From: a virus
Lineage: Duplodnaviria > Caudoviricetes
Strand: one strand, 5' to 3'
Length of the DNA: 64,000 bases
Virus record (IMG/VR): IMGVR_UViG_3300021387_001774
Span: 199,687-263,686 of that record
Shown here: one piece after another, positions 1 through 8,526 of the stretch
How positions within the stretch are numbered: position 1 is the first letter of the stretch
Layout: the number at the start of each line of letters is the position of its first letter
Program-made: the position numbers and the translations under genes
Notes under the pieces: generated by a model
Told to the model about the DNA's origin: nothing
Seen by the model: the letters and a program-made list of their open reading frames with translations, nothing else
Databases searched by the model: none

Positions 1-17
1 TTGGTAAATTCGATTTC

Positions 18-233
18 ATGGATCAAGTAGAAATATCATTAAATCTACAGAAATTTGAAGCCGAACTTGAAGCTCAAATGAATAGGGAATGTCATCTAAA
101 ATATTCGTTTGATAAAGAAAATAAACATGTTGATGTTAGAATTGAGATGGAAGGACTGAAATACCCAGTCAAGGTTAGGTATTTTAATAACAATGGATCT
201 ATACGTGTTATAGAACCTCAATTTAATGACTAA
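18..233 (+). CDS. hypothetical protein (may be 5'-truncated by the window edge)
   Basis: ORF track; no recognisable motif. Confidence 0.6.
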   Translation: MDQVEISLNLQKFEAELEAQMNRECHLKYSFDKENKHVDVRIEMEGLKYPVKVRYFNNNGSIRVIEPQFND

Positions 234-247
234 AATGGAGTTTATAT

Positions 248-976
248 ATGGAAAATAACAACTATGCTTCTAGATTTGGTAATACGAATCTTCTTACAGA
301 TGAAGAAAAATCTTCATACAGAGAATTTGCTCAAAAAGTTCATAAAATGAGCCATAAGGATATATTTCTCCTTAATAGTAATATGAGAGATACATTAACT
401 ACGGAACAGCAAGATATTGTAGCTTGGGAACTTAAATTAAGAGAACTCGAAATATATAAGAAAAAGAATATTAAACCTGAAGAAACTTTTGACACAATGA
501 ATGTAACTGGAAACGTTCCATTGGATTATGAACTATCTTATGCAGAATTACAGAATAGAGTAAATGCTGAAAAGAAAGCTATGATTGGTATGGATGATAA
601 ATTACTTGAAAGAAGTAAGAAAATTTTGGAAGAACACCCGGTAGTTATTTCTGCTAACAATTTACATAATGTACGTGGTGGTGGTGTAAATATGTTAGCT
701 AAAAGTTATATCGTAGAAGACGATAATGGTAAACGAATTTCTGTAGATAATCAAAAGATTCAAGAGCATTATCGTAAGATGTATATAAGACGTATGTCTG
801 AAGTTACAGGCATCGATTATACTCAATATGATTTAACTCCAGATGAAGAAAATATGGATTATCTTGATCCTCCAACAAATACTGATAATAATAAACCTAT
901 AAATACTCAAGAAGATTTTGTAGGAATGGAAGTTTCTTCTAATATTAATTTGAACGACTATGAAGATGACGATTAA
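248..976 (+). CDS. hypothetical protein
   Basis: 242 aa ORF with GGAG RBS; acidic C-terminus. Confidence 0.8.
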   Translation: MENNNYASRFGNTNLLTDEEKSSYREFAQKVHKMSHKDIFLLNSNMRDTLTTEQQDIVAWELKLRELEIYKKKNIKPEETFDTMNVTGNVPLDYELSYAELQNRVNAEKKAMIGMDDKLLERSKKILEEHPVVISANNLHNVRGGGVNMLAKSYIVEDDNGKRISVDNQKIQEHYRKMYIRRMSEVTGIDYTQYDLTPDEENMDYLDPPTNTDNNKPINTQEDFVGMEVSSNINLNDYEDDD

Positions 977-979
977 TTA

Positions 980-994
980 AATTATATATTATAT
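980..994 (+). promoter_or_regulatory. early-type phage promoter AATTATATATTATAT (representative of ~26 copies)
   Basis: Near-identical copies start at 980, 1611, 3493, 3905, 11324, 15815, 16174, 16568, 17745, 18691, 19422, 25219, 25420, 30616, 37944, 39572, 40262, 46371, 46977, 47902, 53621, 55033, 56295 and 57746, and on the minus strand at 13232 and 36870. Essentially all intergenic, usually just after a terminator. The TATATTAT core resembles phiKZ/AR9 early promoters. Confidence 0.85.
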
Positions 995-1012
995 ACTTGT
1001 GGAGGAACAAAT

Positions 1013-1579
1013 ATGAAAGAGTTCGAAATCAAAAATCCAATCAACGAAAATGATCAAGAATTTGATCTTTTCTGTGACGGTATGTATAAAGATTGTTATC
1101 AAGGTTTATTATATCTTGAAGATATCTTTGTAGGTGTAACATTCTATAATAATGGTAGATTTTTACCTTATACTTTTGTAATCCCAAAAGCTTCTACAGA
1201 AGTAGCTATTGAGAAAGACACAGGAATTATTCGTGCTACGTCTAATAGTTGGTTTAAATTTGATTTGCCGGATTTCCCAGAAATCAAATTTCAAATATAC
1301 GAAACGTTGTATAGATATTTCCAAAAAGCTTTCAAGCATTTTGTAAATGGTACAAATTCTGGTTACAACGAATCTAAAATTCAATGGAATTATGTAACAT
1401 TTGAACCTGTAAGGTTTAAATTGGAAAGTCGTTCTAATGTAACTATAGGATTTTTAAATAATGTAAAAGGTTACGTTAGTATAAACGATGATATTGTAAA
1501 GAAGTATGCTGAATCTAATTTGGAAGAACTCGATAAAGCTGTCGATAAAGTCCAATTAGATCTACCATTTGAAGATTAA
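1013..1579 (+). CDS. hypothetical early protein
   Basis: GGAGG RBS downstream of an early promoter. Confidence 0.8.
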   Translation: MKEFEIKNPINENDQEFDLFCDGMYKDCYQGLLYLEDIFVGVTFYNNGRFLPYTFVIPKASTEVAIEKDTGIIRATSNSWFKFDLPDFPEIKFQIYETLYRYFQKAFKHFVNGTNSGYNESKIQWNYVTFEPVRFKLESRSNVTIGFLNNVKGYVSINDDIVKKYAESNLEELDKAVDKVQLDLPFED

Positions 1580-1649
1580 TTAAAAAGAGGGCTATACGCC
1601 CTCTTTTTTTAATTATATATTATATAAAGGTTAGGAGGATTTAGGTATT

Positions 1650-1946
1650 ATGTTTAATTTAAAAGAGTTTTATGTTTATACTGTGAAAAAAGGTAAACTA
1701 AAGATGTACTATAATAAAGGTAATAAACCAATATCCTCGAAGAAAAGACAAAAATTAATTAATGATTTTTATGCAGATGTAAATGAATTAAACATGGAAA
1801 GAGAAAAATTTCTTAAAAGAAATCCAGAACTTGTTCAACTTCATAATGAACTAAAAAAAGAAGATAGAATAGCAATATGTCAATTTTTAGGAGTTATTGT
1901 AGCTTTAATTGTAGTTATTATATTACTTTTGAAATTAATATTTTAG
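1650..1946 (+). CDS. small protein with C-terminal transmembrane anchor
   Basis: AGGAGG RBS; hydrophobic IAICQFLGVIVALIVVIILLL. Confidence 0.8.
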   Translation: MFNLKEFYVYTVKKGKLKMYYNKGNKPISSKKRQKLINDFYADVNELNMEREKFLKRNPELVQLHNELKKEDRIAICQFLGVIVALIVVIILLLKLIF

Positions 1947-1999
1947 ATTATATATTTAAAGAAGAACGTTTTACGTTCTTCTATTTATTTTTTTCCGAC

Positions 2000-2011
2000 G
2001 ACAACCCTATA
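2000..2011 (+). promoter_or_regulatory. late-type promoter RACA-N6-TR (representative of ~18 copies)
   Basis: Copies on + at 2000, 3439, 8247, 20270, 25802, 31569, 36920, 38534, 43529, 44062, 48373, 58525 and 62169, and on - at 5591, 11318, 13095, 57718 and 62157. Mostly upstream of structural and RNAP genes. Matches the AR9 late consensus AACA-N6-TA/G. Confidence 0.75.
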
Positions 2012-2033
2012 TACTTAAGATGAGGTATCTATT

Positions 2034-3422
2034 ATGAAAATGATTAAAACAGTAGATAATAAGATAACCAAATATAAAGATGTTGATAAGATGCAACAAA
2101 TTTATTTAGAAAATGACGAAGTTAAATTTGTATCTACGGAATATGAAAATAAAGAAGTTCCATTAGATGATGTATGTAAATTGTATAATATTCTTATGGG
2201 AACAATAACCAAATATGATTCTCAATATAAACATGATGATACAAAAACGAAAGAATATATTATCAATGAGTTAAAGAATGAACGTCAAATGTTTATGCTT
2301 TATATGGATAATGATTCTGTTAAAGGTTTTGTTACATTTGGTAAAAATGGTAATGATATTAATGTAAATAAATTAGTTGTTGATGATAACTATAGAAAAC
2401 AAGGAATCGGTACATATATTCTCAAGTATGTAGAATATGTTGCAGATAATATGTATGAAAGTTCTAAGATTACTTTAAACGTAGCTGATAAAAATACTAC
2501 TGCTATAGATTTCTATAGAGATTATGGTTTTATGTCAGAAGATGAATCAAAAGAATCGTTTTGGTTTATTTCTGTAGAAGATTATAAGAATACAGGAAGC
2601 AAGAAATACATTTATAATAATAGAAAAGATGTAGGCGGAAGACGTAGATTCAAATGTTTAGATTGTGGACAACGTTTTCATGAATTTAATGACCTTGTAA
2701 AACATGCTTCCAAATATCATAAAGATTTAGTTGGTGATGAAGATATTTATAAATATCTTTATGAAAAAAGAAATCCTGGTCCATATATCTGTCCTATATG
2801 TAATAAAAATCCTAGACCTTGGGATCCTGTAAAACGTAAATATAAACGTATTTGTGATTCTCCAGAATGTGCTAAGAAAAGTAGAGAAGCTTTTAAAAAG
2901 AATATGAAAAAGGTTTATGGTACAGATAATCTTCTTAAAGATCCAGAACATCAAGCTAAAATGATGGCTAATAGACATATTTCTGGTAAGTTTAAATTCC
3001 CAGATGGTGTAGAAATTACTTATGTAGGGAATTATGAATTGGATTTTTTGAGATATCTTGTAGATAAATATAAATTTGATTCTACTGATATCATTGAATG
3101 TCCTAGAGAATTATATATTCAGTATTATGATATTTACACTGAAAAGGAACGTTGGTATATTCCAGATTTCTTCTTACCAAAATTTGATCTTGTTGTAGAA
3201 ATAAAAGATGGAAGCAAATATCCAAAGGATTCTAAACAGAAATCATTACTTAAAGATAAAGCAGTGATTAAAGAAGATAAGTTTAATTATATTAAAATCG
3301 TTGATAAGGACTATACAGATTTTGATAACTTTATTAATATGGTTATCGAGAATCATTATAGTGAAGAGAAGAGGGATACTAAACATATCTTTATGATTCC
3401 GGTACAAAAGTTTGCTTTATAA
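2034..3422 (+). CDS. GNAT acetyltransferase - C2H2/C4 zinc finger - PD-(D/E)xK (TnsA-like) nuclease fusion
   Basis: GNAT motif A LVVDDNYRKQGIGTYIL; CLDC...HASKYH; CPIC...CDSPEC; YIPDFFLPKFDLVVEIK. Confidence 0.75.
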   Translation: MKMIKTVDNKITKYKDVDKMQQIYLENDEVKFVSTEYENKEVPLDDVCKLYNILMGTITKYDSQYKHDDTKTKEYIINELKNERQMFMLYMDNDSVKGFVTFGKNGNDINVNKLVVDDNYRKQGIGTYILKYVEYVADNMYESSKITLNVADKNTTAIDFYRDYGFMSEDESKESFWFISVEDYKNTGSKKYIYNNRKDVGGRRRFKCLDCGQRFHEFNDLVKHASKYHKDLVGDEDIYKYLYEKRNPGPYICPICNKNPRPWDPVKRKYKRICDSPECAKKSREAFKKNMKKVYGTDNLLKDPEHQAKMMANRHISGKFKFPDGVEITYVGNYELDFLRYLVDKYKFDSTDIIECPRELYIQYYDIYTEKERWYIPDFFLPKFDLVVEIKDGSKYPKDSKQKSLLKDKAVIKEDKFNYIKIVDKDYTDFDNFINMVIENHYSEEKRDTKHIFMIPVQKFAL

Positions 3423-3582
3423 TTTTTTATATATAAAGAACAAATAGATGTATTTCTATTACAGTAGATAGTGTAAAAACTGAAAATTTTTTAGTTATAT
3501 ATTATATGACTGAATGTAGAGATACATCCAAAAACAAAGTAGCCAAAGCGCGCGCTACTAAATATTTCTTCAGGAGGGCCAT

Positions 3583-3747
3583 ATGGCTGACAATGAAAAG
3601 AAGGGATTTGTAAAGTCTGTAACAGACTCAGTTAAGGACGTGGTACCAAAGACCACAGGTGGAAAGGTTGCTGGCGGTGTATTCGCCGGATTGCTTTCTG
3701 TTGGATCCTTCTTTATTGGAAGGATTACAAAGAAATCAAAGAAGTAA
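3583..3747 (+). CDS. 54-aa small membrane protein (not in ORF track)
   Basis: AGGAGGG RBS at 3572; MADNEKKGFVKSVTDSVKDVVPKTTGGKVAGGVFAGLLSVGSFFIGRITKKSKK, a Gly-rich TM segment with a basic tail. Confidence 0.8.
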   Translation: MADNEKKGFVKSVTDSVKDVVPKTTGGKVAGGVFAGLLSVGSFFIGRITKKSKK

Positions 3748-3757
3748 TCTTTCTGGT

Positions 3758-3818
3758 AGCACTATAGTTTAAATGGTAAAACAGTTTATCTATGGGAGTT
3801 CAAATCTCCCTAGTGCTG
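3758..3818 (+). ncRNA. tRNA-like RNA lacking the anticodon arm
   Basis: Acceptor AGCACTA/TAGTGCT, D arm GTTT-AAATGGTA-AAAC, T arm GGGAG-TTCAAAT-CTCCC; only 11 nt between the D and T arms. Confidence 0.8.
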
Positions 3819-3890
3819 TATGAAAATCTTATTAACTAAAGATTTTCATAATTGACTCCTTGGGGACCCGGTAGTAACCGGGTCCCATTT
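3819..3890 (+). ncRNA. candidate antisense sRNA S1 (hairpin - anti-SD toehold - terminator)
   Basis: Hairpin TATGAAAATCTT/AAGATTTTCATA, single-stranded ATTGACTCCTT, terminator GGGACCCGG/CCGGGTCCC; 3840-3861 is complementary to 18754-18776. Confidence 0.65.
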
Positions 3891-3937
3891 TATATTTTTT
3901 TTCTAATTATATATTATATAAGTGGAGGATTTAAACT

Positions 3938-4831
3938 ATGAATTTAGGAACAGATTTTGAGGTCTTGAGTGAATATCCACTTTGGACATACGACGAACAT
4001 GATAAGCCAGTATTGATACAGAATACATACGATAATATCAATGTAATTCGTTATTGGCCTATGGGTAAAAAGAATCATCATTTTTATGATATCCCTATTG
4101 AAGAACCAATTACAGCATTTATGCCGTTTGGAACATTCTTCTTTAAAACACAAGAAGAATGTGCTAGATTTGGTAAATTAATCGATTCTCAAGAGGGTAA
4201 GCAGACAGTTCTAGAAAATTCGTATGAGTGTTCTAGAAAAAATAAACATATAGTTAAAATGAGTTGTAGAGATGATATACCTAATGGTATATATTCTACT
4301 AAAGTATTAGACGATATTATAAATGCTGATGAACTCTTTAACTTACGTTATGTAGATGAAGAGTGTAAAATAAAAGAAATTATGCAAGCTAATGACATCA
4401 TTAATAAATATGTAAGAGAATACATGAAGATGTTTACTTTTACAGAACGTCATGATTTACGATATGAGAGAGTTTTATTTGAATTATATAAAGAAGGAAA
4501 TAAACTATATATTAATCACGTTTTTATAAGTTGCGGTAGTTATTTTACAAATAATGATATTTTATTACATTCAAGGATAATGAATTATCCTATTTGTGTA
4601 GCACCAAATTGTGCTAAAACTGTACAAATAGTTTTGACAAATGGTGGTTTTAATGCATTGAGTATGCAAGAACGACAAATTTCTTTGAAAAATATTAAAG
4701 ATGCAAAAGCTAGAAAAGAAAGACATAAAAAATTAGCTAAAAATATTGCTAAGATGTGTGGAGAATATGCTTGGGAACATAAAGGTGAGATATTCATGAA
4801 ACTAAAGAGCTTAGTGTCTACAGTTGTATAA
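3938..4831 (+). CDS. hypothetical early protein
   Basis: GGAGG RBS, early promoter at 3905. Confidence 0.8.
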   Translation: MNLGTDFEVLSEYPLWTYDEHDKPVLIQNTYDNINVIRYWPMGKKNHHFYDIPIEEPITAFMPFGTFFFKTQEECARFGKLIDSQEGKQTVLENSYECSRKNKHIVKMSCRDDIPNGIYSTKVLDDIINADELFNLRYVDEECKIKEIMQANDIINKYVREYMKMFTFTERHDLRYERVLFELYKEGNKLYINHVFISCGSYFTNNDILLHSRIMNYPICVAPNCAKTVQIVLTNGGFNALSMQERQISLKNIKDAKARKERHKKLAKNIAKMCGEYAWEHKGEIFMKLKSLVSTVV

Positions 4832-4835
4832 AACT

Positions 4836-4869
4836 AGTGGGAGGATATAATTCCTCCCACTTATTTTTT
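4836..4869. terminator. bidirectional intrinsic terminator between convergent genes
   Basis: AGTGGGAGGA/TCCTCCCACT hairpin with a T tract. Confidence 0.75.
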
Positions 4870-5558
4870 TATTTAAGTCTAGAAATTACAGAAGTTAATG
4901 CTTTGTCCATATCATTTAACTTCGTAGACATATCGTTCACTTTTCCAAGGATATTATTGTCAGAGAATTGTGAATTGATTTGCTTAGCAGACGTTTCTAA
5001 TGAAATCATTGATAATAATGAATCATTAGCTTTATCTATAATAGCTCTAGATTTTTCTAGTTGGGATCCTACAGAATCTAATGAATTATCATAAATTTCT
5101 GTAAATTCAATAGATACTTTTTCTTTTTCTATATTATAAGCTTTATCTATAGCATTTTTTATAGTTTTTACAATATCATCTTTGTTAAATGTATCTGTAT
5201 TAGAAAGATTCTTTATTTTAAACTCCATCTTATATACGTGACTTTCATTTATAATCTCTGTTTTATCAAAATCAATAATATCGTCCCAAAGGATTAAATG
5301 ATCATTAGTAATTATCCATTCACCATTTTTGTTTTCAACTACAGCACAATCATAATAAATTTGATTTTTAAGATATTCTAGTGTATCTCCATCACCAACA
5401 TTATTAATGAATTTTTCATTAATAGCTACATTTTCTACCATAGAATTATATTGGGAAGCACGTTCATAATTAATATATCCCAATATTTTAACTTGTTTGT
5501 TTTCTATGTAATTGGATGTAGTAAATACAGAATAAAGCTTATTTATATTTAATTTCAT
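4869..5558 (-). CDS. hypothetical late (probably virion) protein with C-terminal coiled coil
   Basis: AGGAG RBS; late promoter 5591-5580. Confidence 0.8.
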   Translation of the reverse strand: MKLNINKLYSVFTTSNYIENKQVKILGYINYERASQYNSMVENVAINEKFINNVGDGDTLEYLKNQIYYDCAVVENKNGEWIITNDHLILWDDIIDFDKTEIINESHVYKMEFKIKNLSNTDTFNKDDIVKTIKNAIDKAYNIEKEKVSIEFTEIYDNSLDSVGSQLEKSRAIIDKANDSLLSMISLETSAKQINSQFSDNNILGKVNDMSTKLNDMDKALTSVISRLK

Positions 5559-5663
5559 ATAATTACTCCTATTATGGTATATTAGAATGTTTTTCTTATA
5601 AATATTAAAAATATTTAAAATAATAAAATATAATGAGTTTTATTTTTCGAAAAGGAGTCTTAT

Positions 5664-6197
5664 ATGAAAGAGATCGTTGATAATTTTACTATTCATTTTG
5701 GAAATATAAAATTTTTTGATGTGGCAGATGGTCCTGGAGTTAGAATAGCTTTGTATGTTTCTGGTTGTCCTCATGCTTGCGAGGGATGCCACAATAAAGA
5801 ATCTTGGGATTATAATTACGGTAAAAAGTTTACTAATGATGAAATGACTATAATTGTAGAAAATCTTAAAAAAGAATTTATTACTGGATTTTCTATACTT
5901 GGTGGAGAACCTCTTGATCCTAAGAATCGTTCAGATGTTTATTCTATTATAGAACTAATAAAAGAACAATTTCCTGATAAAAGTATTTGGGTATGGACCG
6001 GTTATACATGGGAAGAATTAATGGAAAAGAAAGCTATTCCACAAGACATTTTAAAACTTATAGATGTAATTGTAGATGGACGATTTATTCTTTCCCAAAG
6101 AGATATTACACTAAAATATAGAGGTTCACCAAATCAAAGAGTTATCGATGTACAGAAAACTCTAAAAAGTAATTCGATTACATATTATTGTGACTGA
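5664..6197 (+). CDS. nrdG: anaerobic ribonucleotide reductase activating protein (radical SAM)
   Basis: DGPGVR, GCPHACEGCHN (CxxxCxxC), LGGEPL, DGRF, RGSPNQR. Confidence 0.95.
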   Translation: MKEIVDNFTIHFGNIKFFDVADGPGVRIALYVSGCPHACEGCHNKESWDYNYGKKFTNDEMTIIVENLKKEFITGFSILGGEPLDPKNRSDVYSIIELIKEQFPDKSIWVWTGYTWEELMEKKAIPQDILKLIDVIVDGRFILSQRDITLKYRGSPNQRVIDVQKTLKSNSITYYCD

Positions 6198-6211
6198 AAA
6201 GGAACAAGAAT

Positions 6212-7285
6212 ATGAATATTTTATGTATTGGTGATATCCATTTTGGAAAATTGAATAATGATGATTATGTTTATGAATGTCTTAGAAAACATTTTATAGA
6301 ATACGCTAAGAAGAATAAAGTTGATCTTATAGTAATATGTGGAGATTCGTATGATTGTAGAGTAATGGTAGATTCTACAGCAAATATTAATTTTAATAAA
6401 TTTATATCTGATTGTATTTCTACCGGTGCTACAATTATAGTAATAGAAGGAACTGAATCACATGAAAGATATCAAATAAATGGATTACTTCATTATATAT
6501 CAGACAAATTCTTTATAGTTAATACTGTAACTAAGTTAAATATATTAGGTCTAAAATTACTTATTCTTCCAGAAGAATATGTTAGAGATCAATCATATTA
6601 TAAAGAATATCTTGATGATAAATATGACTTTATATTTGGTCATGGTATGAGTACTCATGTAGGTTTTGCTGGTAAAGTAAGCGATGAGATTATGAAATCA
6701 CCATATGTTTGGGATGCTAAAAAATTGGAACAGATTTGTAGATACTATACTGTGTTTGGTCATATACACACCCATTCTGAATACCATCATTTTATTTATA
6801 CTGGATCATTCTCTAGATTAAACTTTGGAGAAATGGAACCCAAAGGTTTTATTCACATTAAACTCGATAAGAAATGTACTTACGAATTTATTGAAAATAC
6901 AGATGCTCCGAGATTTACAGATATAATAGAATCTAAATTACCAAATGATACAGAAGCATTATTAAAACATCTACGTGGTTATCAAGAAAATAATGACTTT
7001 CTTAGAATTATTATAGATCAATCCGATGATAGTAAGTTCAATACGATAAAAGGATTTGTAATGAATCATAAAAATTGTTGTACTAAGAAAGTTATAAATA
7101 CATCAGAGAAGAAACTTGAAGAAATATCTGAGAATATAAAGGAGAAACAAAATTTATTAAACGATAAGATGAAAGATTATAATAATATGAATTTTGTACA
7201 AATTACACAGAAGATAGCAAAAGATGAATATCATGAAGATTTTTCTCAAGAAGAGATAAATACAATTCTAAACTACGTTGTATAA
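6212..7285 (+). CDS. sbcD: SbcD/Mre11-like metallophosphoesterase nuclease
   Basis: GDIHFG, GDSYD, GTESHE, FGHG, FGHIH, YTGS motifs. Confidence 0.85.
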   Translation: MNILCIGDIHFGKLNNDDYVYECLRKHFIEYAKKNKVDLIVICGDSYDCRVMVDSTANINFNKFISDCISTGATIIVIEGTESHERYQINGLLHYISDKFFIVNTVTKLNILGLKLLILPEEYVRDQSYYKEYLDDKYDFIFGHGMSTHVGFAGKVSDEIMKSPYVWDAKKLEQICRYYTVFGHIHTHSEYHHFIYTGSFSRLNFGEMEPKGFIHIKLDKKCTYEFIENTDAPRFTDIIESKLPNDTEALLKHLRGYQENNDFLRIIIDQSDDSKFNTIKGFVMNHKNCCTKKVINTSEKKLEEISENIKEKQNLLNDKMKDYNNMNFVQITQKIAKDEYHEDFSQEEINTILNYVV

Positions 7286-7300
7286 AGGAGAGTAGACGTA

Positions 7301-7750
7301 ATGACAGTGACTGAACTTAGGGTAACAATGGATGAATTGTTGGGTTTTAATGAGTTTTTAAAACGTAATGATTTTGGTGATAAAATTCTTTATAAAGCAA
7401 AATCACTTACTGATCAGCCATATATAGATATGACGTCATTGGCTAGGAGAATGTATAAATTTTGTTATCAGAGAATTTCAAATGAAACAATAGAAAAGAA
7501 AATTAATAAAGGTAAATATGAAACTTGGAACGAATTTATTGGTTCATACAGAATCATTTTAAAAGATAACAATCCTAGGGACTTCGATGGTGTTGATTTG
7601 CCTGGAGAAGAAAAAACTGAAGATGCGACTGATTTTGCAAAAATGCTTTTTATGTGTATATACGATTTCTGTTATAAACAAATAGTTAGTATTTCTAAAG
7701 ATATATATGGTAACTTTTTACACAATGTTGCTATTGAAACCAAAAAATAA
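7301..7750 (+). CDS. hypothetical protein
   Basis: AAGGAG RBS; same operon as nrdG/sbcD. Confidence 0.8.
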   Translation: MTVTELRVTMDELLGFNEFLKRNDFGDKILYKAKSLTDQPYIDMTSLARRMYKFCYQRISNETIEKKINKGKYETWNEFIGSYRIILKDNNPRDFDGVDLPGEEKTEDATDFAKMLFMCIYDFCYKQIVSISKDIYGNFLHNVAIETKK

Positions 7751-7799
7751 ATAAAATATATATAATATATGTGAATTAAATACGCCAAGGAGTTTTACC

Positions 7800-8231
7800 A
7801 TGACTAGAGAAGAACCAATGGATTTTGGTGGATCACCTATTGATATACAAGACTGTATCAGTGATGATCTTATTAGTAGGATTAAAGGATTGAATCCTGA
7901 TTTAGGTGTAGCAGGAAAAGATCCTTTATATGAACATTATGCACAGCACCGTGACGAAATTGAAAATGCTGAACTTATAATCATAGATGCTAATAGTCTT
8001 AATAGAAGTTCTATTATGAATCTTGATTTGTTCGGAGATATTTCTGGTATACAAGATCTACCGGCAGATTATTTCCAGTTGAGAGATGACACTCTTGAAT
8101 ATGGATTTGGTAGAGATGAATTTAGTGTAGACTGGAGTGATAATAGTAATGAAGGTTTCGGAGATGAATTTGGTGGATACACTGACTTTGGAGAAACTGA
8201 ATTTAGTCTAGAATCAGATGGTATTTATTAA
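7800..8231 (+). CDS. acidic hypothetical protein
   Basis: AAGGAG RBS. Confidence 0.75.
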   Translation: MTREEPMDFGGSPIDIQDCISDDLISRIKGLNPDLGVAGKDPLYEHYAQHRDEIENAELIIIDANSLNRSSIMNLDLFGDISGIQDLPADYFQLRDDTLEYGFGRDEFSVDWSDNSNEGFGDEFGGYTDFGETEFSLESDGIY

Positions 8232-8258
8232 AAGTTAAAAATACTGAACAAATAAATG

Positions 8259-8319
8259 TAGCAGAGGAAATACTTGTATCCAAAAATCCCATCCCACTCA
8301 TACTGTATGACCTCTGCTA
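8259..8319 (+). ncRNA. hairpin RNA with C-rich loop in the tRNA-Asn 5' leader
   Basis: TAGCAGAGG/CCTCTGCTA stem directly after late promoter 8247; loop AATCCCATCCCACTC. Confidence 0.45.
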
Positions 8320-8330
8320 TTTTTATAAAT

Positions 8331-8404
8331 GTCTCTTTAGCTCAGTTGGTTAGAGCTCCAGCCTGTTAAGCTGGATGTCGTAGGTTCGAGCCCTACAAGA
8401 GACG
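8331..8404 (+). tRNA. tRNA-Asn(GTT)
   Basis: Full cloverleaf GTCTCTT/AAGAGAC, CCAGC-CTGTTAA-GCTGG, GGTTCGAGCCC; no encoded CCA. Confidence 0.95.
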
Positions 8405-8488
8405 TTCTGCTAACAAATAACATTCATAGGCTGGTGTGTTTTTGTTCTCCTTTTTATGGTAGCTTGTTAAGCTACCATATTTTTTTTT
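8405..8488 (+). ncRNA. candidate anti-SD sRNA S2 in the tRNA-Asn trailer
   Basis: Weak hairpin, then TTGTTCTCCTTT, then terminator ATGGTAGC/GCTACCAT with a T tract. Confidence 0.45.
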
Positions 8489-8526
8489 GTTTTTATTCTA
8501 AATAAATTAATATATGAGGTTTTATT

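Noticed and set aside
3832-3861. Minus-strand mini-ORFs behind the anti-SD segments (MKIFS; also MKNTRQ at ~43932-43952)
   Set aside because: Only 5-6 codons, no minus-strand promoter seen, and the flanking tRNA-like elements and terminators are plus-oriented. Not formally excluded.
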